DNA from: Laetmonice hystrix
Taxonomy: Eukaryota
Length of the DNA: 64,000 nt
Assembly (NCBI GenBank): GCA_965235115.1
Contig: OZ249436.1
Span: 24,430,001 to 24,494,000 of the forward strand
Reading direction: 5' to 3'
In this document: piece after piece, positions 53,801 through 64,000 of the stretch
Layout: the number at the start of each line of letters is the position of its first letter
Numbering within the stretch: the first letter of the stretch is position 1
Notes under the pieces: model-generated
The model's input: the letters and a program-made list of their open reading frames with translations, nothing else
The model's database searches: none
What the model was told of the DNA's origin: nothing
Program-made: the position numbers and the translations under genes

Positions 53801-56800
53801 TGCGTGTCCACCTCCACATACTTTAAAAATCACTATACCCACCCAGCGACATCCACTCTAATACACGCCTAAAAGGAACTTCACTGTCCCATTTGATTCT
53901 CCAGCACGTATAGGATGTTTCAAGTAACATTCATCCACGGTCTGGCCCAATAACGTGCAGCAAGGCATAGTAAGTCAATGCGAGCTCGCATGTCAAACCT
54001 AACCCGCCCCCAAGCACATGAGCTGAAAATATTCAAATAGCTTGAAAACTAGAATATAGCTTTGCTTAATACCATTATACCATCAACTCGCATTACAGGC
54101 CTAATGCGAAGCTCCCAGCCTAAAACGAGTTTCCAATTAATTTAAAGTTAACAAGATGCACTAATAATCGATTCCAAGCCTAATTAGGCCATTGCTAGTT
54201 GGATAACCAAATCTCATACAAAATACACCCTCCCGGCAGATGACCTGAGAATATTCAACTCTTATGTCCGATATATCCCTGTCCGCTTAGTAGCACCCAG
54301 CCGGGCCCCCATTTTGACATTGCAACACCAATACAGCAAGTGCCCAGCTAACAGCACAAATAACAGGATTCAGGGCTTCCTACCACGTTACAAGTCACAA
54401 TAGATTGCTGCCTGTCGTAAAAATATACCAGACCATTTTAAAAAGTCACAGAACCCCAATCCGGCCCTAATATGTCACTCCCAGTACCAATACACGCTGG
54501 AAGCACCATCAACTGAAATTCAGGCCTAGAACCCACCTCTCTCTACCAATATCATGCACCTAGTCCGTATACGAGGTTGTAATTTACTTTAATCAACGGG
54601 CTGCGCCGCAGCAACCCACTCTGGTCTTTGCAATCTTTTTCAATATGCGTTAACATTTGTGACCAGCTCAACGCGCCTTGTAAAATTTTTCAAAGTGCGT
54701 AAAAGTGTGTGTCCACCCCGACACGCTTTCCAAACCACTATACCCACCGAGCGACATCCACTCAAATACAGGCTTCGACCGATCCTCACTGTGCCAATAA
54801 TCCGCCACAAGGCAAATTCAGTCAATGCAAGCTGGAAAATCGAATGTCAAACCTAATGCTCCCCCCCAGCACGTTAACTGAAAAAAATCAACTAGCTTGA
54901 AAACTAGAATATAGCTTTGTTTAGCTAACAATCTACTCTCCCAGCGCCATCAACTCGCATACATGCGTAAAAGCAAACGCACTGCCCCATATAATGCTCC
55001 CAGCCTAAGACGATGTTGCAATTAATTTAAGATTAACAAGATGCACTAGTAATCCGATCCAAGCCTAATTACGTCATTGCTAGTTTCATAACCAAATCTC
55101 ACAGAAAATACCCCACCCGCGCACATAACCTGAAAATATTCAACTTTTATCTCCAATGTATCCCTGTGCACCTAGTAGCACCCAAGCGGGCCCAATTTTG
55201 ACATTCCAACACAAATACCGCAAATACCCGCCTAATGGCACAAAAAACTTTCTACCCCGTTGCAAGTCACATTAGCTTGCTGCTTGTCGTAAAAAATGGT
55301 GCAGACCATTTCTAAAGTCAGAGTACCCCACTCCCGGCCTAATATTACGTTTCAGTATCCATATACGCTGCAAGCGGCAAGAACTCGAATACAGGCCTAA
55401 AAGTAACCCCAGTCTAGCAATATCATACTCTCATGCCATATACGAGCTTGTAATTATCTTTAATTAATGGGCTCCGCAGCACCAACCCACTGCATTAACA
55501 TTTGTTTAACAGCTTGACGCACCTTGTAAAAAATTTTCAAGTGCGTAAAAATGCGTGTCCACCTCCACATACTTTAAAAATCACTATACCCACCCAGCGA
55601 CATTCACTCTAATACACGCCTAAGAGGAACTTCACTGTCCCATTTGATTCTCCAGCACGTATAGGATGTTTCAAGTAACATTCATCCACGGTCTGGCCCA
55701 ATAACGTGCAACAAGGCATAGTAAGTCAATGCGAGCTCGCATGTCAAACCTAACCCGCCCCCCAGCACATGAGCTGAAAATATTCAAATAGCTTGAAAAC
55801 TAGAATATAGCTTTGCTTAATACCATTATACCATCAACTCGCATTACAGGCCTAATGCGAAGCTTCCAGCCTAAAACGAGTTTCCAATTAATTTAAAGTT
55901 AACAAGATGCACTAATAATCGATTCCAAGCCTAATTAGGCCATTGCTAGTTGGATAACCAAATCTCATACAAAATACACCCTCCCGGCAGATGACCTGAG
56001 AATATTCAACTCTTATGTCCGATATATCCCTGTCCGCTTTGTAGCACCCAGCCGGGCCCCCATTTTGACATTGCAACACCAATACAGCAAGTGCCCAGCT
56101 AACAGCACAAATAACAGGATTCAGGGCTTCCTACCACGTTACAAGTCACAATAGATTGCTGCCTGTCGTAAAAATATACCAGACCATTTTAAAAAGTCAC
56201 AGAACCCCAATCCGGCCCTAATATGTCACTCCCAGTACCAATACACTCTGGAAGCACCATCAACTGAAATTCAGGCCTAGGACCCACCTCTCTCTACCAA
56301 TATCATGCACCTAGTCCGTATACGAGGTTGTAATTTACTTTAATCAACGGGCTGCGCCGCAGCAACCCACTCTGGTCTTTGCAATCTTTTTCAATATGCG
56401 TTAACATTTGTAACCAGCTCAACGCGCCTTGTAAAATTTTTCAAAGTGCGTAAAAGTGTGTGTCCACCCCGACACGCTTTCCAAACCACTATACCCACCG
56501 AGCGACATCCACTCAAATACAGGCTTCGACCGATCCTCACTGTGCCAATAATCCGCCACAAGGCAAATTCAGTCAATGCAAGCTGGAAAATCGAATGTCA
56601 AACCTAATACTCCCCCCCCCAGCACGTTAACTGAAAATAATCAACTAGCTTGAAAACTAGAATATAGCTTTGTTTAGCTAACAATCTACTCTCCCAGCGC
56701 CATCAACTCGCATACAGGCGTAAAAGCAAACGCACTGCCCCATATAATGCTCCCAGCCTAAAACGATGTTGCAATTAATTTAAAATTAACAAGATGCACT

Positions 56801-59800
56801 AGTAATCCGATCCAAGCTTAATTACGTCATTGCTAGTTTCATAACCAAATCTCACAGAAAATACCCCACCCGGGCACATAACCTGAAAATATTCAACTTT
56901 TATCTCCAATGTATCCCTGTGCACCTAGTAGCACCCAAGCGGGCCCAATTTTGACATCCCAACACAAATACCGCAAATACCCGCCTAATGGCACAAAAAA
57001 CTTTCTACCCCGTTGCAAGTCACATTAGCGTGCTGCTTGTCGTAAAAAATGGTGCAGACCATTTCTAAAGTCACAGTACCCCACTCCCGGCCTAATATTA
57101 CGTTTCAGTATCCATATACGCTGCAAGCGGCAGGAACTCGAATACAGGCCTAAAAGTAACCTCAGTCTAGCAATATCATACTCCCATGCCATATACGAGC
57201 TTGTAATTATCTTTAATTAATGGGCTCCGCAGCACCAACCCACTGCATTAACATTTGTTTAACAGCTTAACACACCTTGTAAAATTTTTTCAAGTGCGTA
57301 AAAATGCGTGTCCACCTCCACATACTTTAAAAATCACTATACCCACCCAGCGACATCCACTCTAATACACGCCTAAAAGGAACTTCACTGTCCCATTTGA
57401 TTCTCCAGCACGTATAGGATGTTTCAAGTAACATTCATCCACGGTCTGGCCCAATAACGTGCAACAAGGCATAGTAAGTCAATGCGAGCTCGCATGTCAA
57501 ACCTAACCCGCCCCCAAGCACATGAGCTGAAAATATTCAAATAGCTTGAAAACTAGAATATAGCTTTGCTTAATACCATTATACCATCAACTCGCATTAC
57601 AGGCCTAATGCGAAGCTCCCAGCCTAAAACGAGTTTCCAATTAATTTAAAGTTAACAAGATGCACTAATAATCGATTCCAAGCCTAATTAGGCCATTGCT
57701 AGTTGGATAACCAAATCTCATACAAAATACACCCTCCCGGCAGATGACCTGAGAATATTCAACTCTTATGTCCGATATATCCCTGTCCGCTTAGTAGCAC
57801 CCAGCCGGGCCCCCATTTTGACATTGCAACACCAATACAGCAAGTGCCCAGCTAACAGCACAAATAACAGGATTCAGGGCTTCCTACCACGTTACAAGTC
57901 ACAATAGATTGCTGCCTGTCGTAAAAATATACCAGACCATTTTAAAAAGTCACAGAACCCCAATCCGGCCCTAATATGTCACTCCCAGTACCAATAGACG
58001 CTGGAAGCACCATCAACTGAAATTCAGGCCTAGAACCCACCTCTCTCTACCAATATCATGCACCTAGTCCGTATACGAGGTTGTAATTTCCTTTAATCAA
58101 CGGGCTGCGCCGCAGCAACCCACTCTGGTCTTTGCAATCTTTTTCAATATGCGTTAACATTTGTGACCAGCTCAACGCGCCTTGTAAAATTTTTCAAAGT
58201 GCGTAAAAGTGTGTGTCCACCCCGACACGCTTTCCAAACCACTATACCCACCGAGCGACATCCACTCAAATACAGGCTTCGACCGATCCTCACTGTGCCA
58301 ATAATCCGCCACAAGGCAAATTCAGTCAATGCAAGCTGGAAAATCGAATGTCAAACCTAATGCTCCCCCCCCAGCACGTTAACTGAAAAAAATCAACTAG
58401 CTTGAAAACTAGAATATAGCTTTGTTTAGCTAACAATCTACTCTCCCAGCGCCATCAACTCGCATACAGGCGTAAAAGCAAACGCACTGCCCCATATAAT
58501 GCTCCCGGCATAAAACGATGTTGCAATTAATTTAAAATTAACAAGATGCACTAGTAATCCGATCCAAGCTTAATTACGTCATTGCTAGTTTCATAACCAA
58601 ATCTCACAGAAAATACCCCACCCGGGCACATAACCTGAAAATATTCAACTTTTATCTCCAATGTATCCCTGTGCACCTAGTAGCACCCAAGCGGGCCCAA
58701 TTTTGACATTCCAACACAAATACCGCAAATACCCGCCTAATGGCACAAAAAACTTTCTACCCCGTTGCAAGTCACATTAGCTTGCTGCTTGTCGTAAAAA
58801 ATGGTGCAGACCATTTCTAAAGTCACAGTACCCCACTCCCGGCCTAATATTACGTTTCAGTATCCATATACGCTGCAAGCGGCAGGAACTCGAATACAGG
58901 CCTAAAAGTAACCCCAGTCTAGCAATATCATACTCTCATGCCATATACGAGCTTGTAATTATCTTTAATTAATGGGCTCCGCAGCACCAACCCACTGCAT
59001 TAACATTTGTTTAACAGCTTAACGCACCTTGTAAAAAAATTTTCAAGTGCGTAAAAATGCGTGTCCACCTCCACATACTTTAAAAATCACTATACCCACC
59101 CAGCGACATTCACTCTAATACACGCCTAAGAGGAACTTCACTGTCCCATTTGATTCTCCAGCACGTATAGGATGTTTCAAGTAACATTTATCCACGGTCT
59201 GGCCCAATAACGTGCAACAAGGCATAGTAAGTCAATGCGACCTCGCATGTCAAACCTAACCCGCCCCCCAGCACATGAGCTGAAAATATTCAAATAGCTT
59301 GAAAACTAGAATATAGCTTTGCTTAATACCATTATACCATCAACTCGCATTACAGGCCTAATGCGAAGCTCCCAGCCTAAAACGAGTTTCCAATTAATTT
59401 AAAGTTAACAAGATGCACTAATAATCGATTCCAAGCCTAATTAGGCCATTGCTAGTTGGATAACCAAATCTCATACAAAATACACCCTCCCGGCAGATGA
59501 CCTGAGAATATTCAACTCTTATGTCCGATATATCCCTGTCCGCTTAGTAGCACCCAGCCGGGCCCCCATTTTGACATTGCAACACCAATACAGCAAGTGC
59601 CCAGCTAACAGCACAAATAACAGGATTCAGGGCTTCCTACCACGTTACAAGTCACAATAGATTGCTGCCTGTCGTAAAAATATACCAGACCATTTTAAAA
59701 AGTCACAGAACCCCAATCCGGCCCTAATATGTCACTCCCAGTACCAATACACGCTGGAAGCACCATCAACTGAAATTCAGGCCTAGAACCCACCTCTCTC

Positions 59801-62800
59801 TACCAATATCATGCACCTAGTCCGTATACGAGGTTGTAATTTACTTTAATCAACGGGCTGCGCCGCAGCAACCCACTCTGGTCTTTGCAATCTTTTTCAA
59901 TATGCGTTAACATTTGTAACCAGCTCAACGCGCCTTGTAAAATTTTTCAAAGTGCGTAAAAGTGTGTGTCCACCCCGACACGCTTTCCAAACCACTATAC
60001 CCACCGAGCGACATCCACTCAAATACAGGCTTCGACCGATCCTCACTGTGCCAATAATCCGCCACAAGGCAAATTCAGTCAATGCAAGCTGGAAAATCGA
60101 ATGTCAAACCTAATGCTCCCCCCCCCCCAGCACGTTAACTGAAAATAATCAACTAGCTTGAAAACTAGAATATAGCTTTGTTAAGCTAACAATCTACTCT
60201 CCCAGCGCCATCAACTCGCATACAGGCGTAAAAGCAAACGCACTGCCCCATATAATGCTTCCAGCCTAAAACGATGTTGCAATTAATTTAAAATTAACAA
60301 GATGCACTAGTAATCCGATCCAAGCCTAATTACGTCATTGCTAGTTTCATAACCAAATCTCACAGAAAATACCCCACCCGCGCACATAACCTGAAAATAT
60401 TCAACTTTTATCTCCAATGTATCCCTGTGCACCTAGTAGCACCCAAGCGGGCCCAATTTTGACATTCCAACACAAATACCGCAAATACCCGCCTAATGGC
60501 ACAAAAAACTTTCTACCCCGTTGCAAGTCACATTAGCTTGCTGCTTGTCGTAAAAAATGGTGCAGACCATTTCTAAAGTCACAGTACCCCACTCCCGGCC
60601 TAATATTACGTTTCAGTATCCATATACGCTGCAAGCGGCAGGAACTCGAATACAGGCCTAAAAGTAACCCCAGTCTAGCAATATCATACTCTCATGCCAT
60701 ATACGAGCTTGTAATTATCTTTAATTAATGGGCTCCGCAGCACCAACCCACTGCATTAACATTTGTTTAACAGCTTAACGCACCTTGTAAAAAATTTTCA
60801 AGTGCGTAAAAATGCGTGTCCACCTCCACATACTTTAAAAATCACTATACCCACCCAGCGACATTCACTCTAATACACGCCTAAGAGGAACTTCACTGTC
60901 CCATTTGATTCTCCAGCACGTATAGGATGTTTCAAGTAACATTTATCCACGGTCTGGCCCAATAACGTGCAACAAGGCATAGTAAGTCAATGCGACCTCG
61001 CATGTCAAACCTAACCCGCCCCCCAGCACATGAGCTGGAGATATTCAAATAGCTTGAAAACTAGAATATAGCTTTGCTTAATACCATTATACCATCAACT
61101 CGCATTACAGGCCTAATGCGAAGCTCCCAGCCTAAAACGAGTTTCCAATTAATTTAAAGTTAACAAGATGCACTAATAATCGATTCCAAGCCTAATTAGG
61201 CCATTGCTAGTTGGATAACCAAATCTCATACAAAATACACCCTCCCGGCAGATGACCTGAGAATATTCAACTCTTATGTCCGATATATCCCTGTCCGCTT
61301 AGTAGCACCCAGCCGGGCCCCCATTTTGACATTGCAACACCAATACAGCAAGTGCCCAGCTAACAGCACAAATAACAGGATTCAGGGCTTCCTACCACGT
61401 TACAAGTCACAATAGATTGCTGCCTGTCGTAAAAATATACCAGACCATTTTAAAAAGTCACAGAACCCCAATCCGGCCCTAATATGTCACTCCCAGTACC
61501 AATAGACGCTGGAAGCACCATCAACTGAAATTCAGGCCTAGAACCCACCTCTCTCTACCAATATCATGCACCTAGTCCGTATACGAGGTTGTAATTTCCT
61601 TTAATCAACGGGCTGCGCCGCAGCAACCCACTCTGGTCTTTGCAATCTTTTTCAATATGCGTTAACATTTGTGACCAGCTCAACGCGCCTTGTAAAATTT
61701 TTCAAAGTGCGTAAAAGTGTGTGTCCACCCCGACACGCTTTCCAAACCACTATACCCACCGAGCGACATCCACTCAAATACAGGCTTCGACCGATCCTCA
61801 CTGTGCCAATAATCCGCCACAAGGCAAATTCAGTCAATGCAAGCTGGAAAATCGAATGTCAAACCTAATGCTCCCCCCCCAGCACGTTAACTGAAAAAAA
61901 TCAACTAGCTTGAAAACTAGAATATAGCTTTGTTTAGCTAACAATCTACTCTCCCAGCGCCATCAACTCGCATACAGGCGTAAAAGCAAACGCACTGCCC
62001 CATATAATGCTCCCGGCATAAAACGATGTTGCAATTAATTTAAAATTAACAAGATGCACTAGTAATCCGATCCAAGCTTAATTACGTCATTGCTAGTTTC
62101 ATAACCAAATCTCACAGAAAATACCCCACCCGGGCACATAACCTGAAAATATTCAACTTTTATCTCCAATGTATCCCTGTGCACCTAGTAGCACCCAAGC
62201 GGGCCCAATTTTGACATTCCAACACAAATACCGCAAATACCCGCCTAATGGCACAAAAAACTTTCTACCCCGTTGCAAGTCACATTAGCTTGCTGCTTGT
62301 CGTAAAAAATGGTGCAGACCATTTCTAAAGTCACAGTACCCCACTCCCGGCCTAATATTACGTTTCAGTATCCATATACGCTGCAAGCGGCAGGAACTCG
62401 AATACAGGCCTAAAAGTAACCCCAGTCTAGCAATATCATACTCTCATGCCATATACGAGCTTGTAATTATCTTTAATTAATGGGCTCCGCAGCACCAACC
62501 CACTGCATTAACATTTGTTTAACAGCTTAACGCACCTTGTAAAAAAATTTTCAAGTGCGTAAAAATGCGTGTCCACCTCCACATACTTTAAAAATCACTA
62601 TACCCACCCAGCGACATTCACTCTAATACACGCCTAAGAGGAACTTCACTGTCCCATTTGATTCTCCAGCACGTATAGGATGTTTCAAGTAACATTTATC
62701 CACGGTCTGGCCCAATAACGTGCAACAAGGCATAGTAAGTCAATGCGACCTCGCATGTCAAACCTAACCCGCCCCCCAGCACATGAGCTGAAAATATTCA

Positions 62801-64000
62801 AATAGCTTGAAAACTAGAATATAGCTTTGCTTAATACCATTATACCATCAACTCGCATTACAGGCCTAATGCGAAGCTCCCAGCCTAAAACGAGTTTCCA
62901 ATTAATTTAAAGTTAACAAGATGCACTAATAATCGATTCCAAGCCTAATTAGGCCATTGCTAGTTGGATAACCAAATCTCATACAAAATACACCCTCCCG
63001 GCAGATGACCTGAGAATATTCAACTCTTATGTCCGATATATCCCTGTCCGCTTAGTAGCACCCAGCCGGGCCCCCATTTTGACATTGCAACACCAATACA
63101 GCAAGTGCCCAGCTAACAGCACAAATAACAGGATTCAGGGCTTCCTACCACGTTACAAGTCACAATAGATTGCTGCCTGTCGTAAAAATATACCAGACCA
63201 TTTTAAAAAGTCACAGAACCCCAATCCGGCCCTAATATGTCACTCCCAGTACCAATACACGCTGGAAGCACCATCAACTGAAATTCAGGCCTAGAACCCA
63301 CCTCTCTCTACCAATATCATGCACCTAGTCCGTATACGAGGTTGTAATTTACTTTAATCAACGGGCTGCGCCGCAGCAACCCACTCTGGTCTTTGCAATC
63401 TTTTTCAATATGCGTTAACATTTGTAACCAGCTCAACGCGCCTTGTAAAATTTTTCAAAGTGCGTAAAAGTGTGTGTCCACCCCGACACGCTTTCCAAAC
63501 CACTATACCCACCGAGCGACATCCACTCAAATACAGGCTTCGACCGATCCTCACTGTGCCAATAATCCGCCACAAGGCAAATTCAGTCAATGCAAGCTGG
63601 AAAATCGAATGTCAAACCTAATGCTCCCCCCCCCCCCAGCACGTTAACTGAAAATAATCAACTAGCTTGAAAACTAGAATATAGCTTTGTTAAGCTAACA
63701 ATCTACTCTCCCAGCGCCATCAACTCGCATACAGGCGTAAAAGCAAACGCACTGCCCCATATAATGCTTCCAGCCTAAAACGATGTTGCAATTAATTTAA
63801 AATTAACAAGATGCACTAGTAATCCGATCCAAGCCTAATTACGTCATTGCTAGTTTCATAACCAAATCTCACAGAAAATACCCCACCCGCGCACATAACC
63901 TGAAAATATTCAACTTTTATCTCCAATGTATCCCTGTGCACCTAGTAGCACCCAAGCGGGCCCAATTTTGACATTCCAACACAAATACCGCAAATACCCG

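Larger units (their letters stand above)
1..64000. repeat. Tandem satellite/macrosatellite array, ~1,753-bp unit, 36 full copies plus a partial copy, running off both window ends
   Basis: The opening ACAAATAACAGGATTCAGGG recurs at 1754, 3506, 5260 ... 61368, 63121 (63120/36 = 1753.3 bp). ORF-track spacing is 1751-1755 bp throughout. Units differ only by scattered SNPs and homopolymer length. No insertions or inversions were seen. Confidence 0.99.

Noticed and set aside
1..64000. Tandem transposon/LTR, or rolling-circle concatemer of a plasmid or virus
   Set aside because: No terminal inverted repeats, target-site duplications, transposase/RT or Rep ORF were seen. Ordered haplotypes and chimeras indicate long-term chromosomal array evolution, not concatemers of one template. 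Remote TE ancestry cannot be excluded without a Dfam/Repbase search.

Overview
The whole 64-kb window is one uninterrupted, head-to-tail tandem array of a ~1,753-bp unit: 36 complete copies (1-63120) plus a partial 37th. I found no credible protein-coding gene, RNA gene, transposon, CRISPR array or unique sequence. The 60-65 aa ORFs in the track are the same chance ORFs repeated in each unit. It looks like a eukaryotic complex satellite/macrosatellite, possibly (peri)centromeric, but I do not recognise the family or organism. The interest lies in its nested architecture. (i) Degenerate motif blocks suggest an ancestral ~220-bp monomer, about 8 per unit. (ii) Each unit is a dimer of two diverged halves (H1 885 bp, H2 868 bp). 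(iii) The near-identical units fall into six SNP haplotypes (A-F) that recur in the order A-B-C-D-E-F, a cryptic ~10.5-kb super-repeat. (iv) That order is being reshuffled by in-register duplications and deletions that leave chimeric units. Unit types read by eye, U1-U37: A B C D E/C D E/A B C C D E F A/C/D E F/E F A B C C C/B C D E F A B C D/B C/D E F A B A B. I see no evidence of a novel gene-based system; all typing and identity estimates are manual and need computational confirmation.
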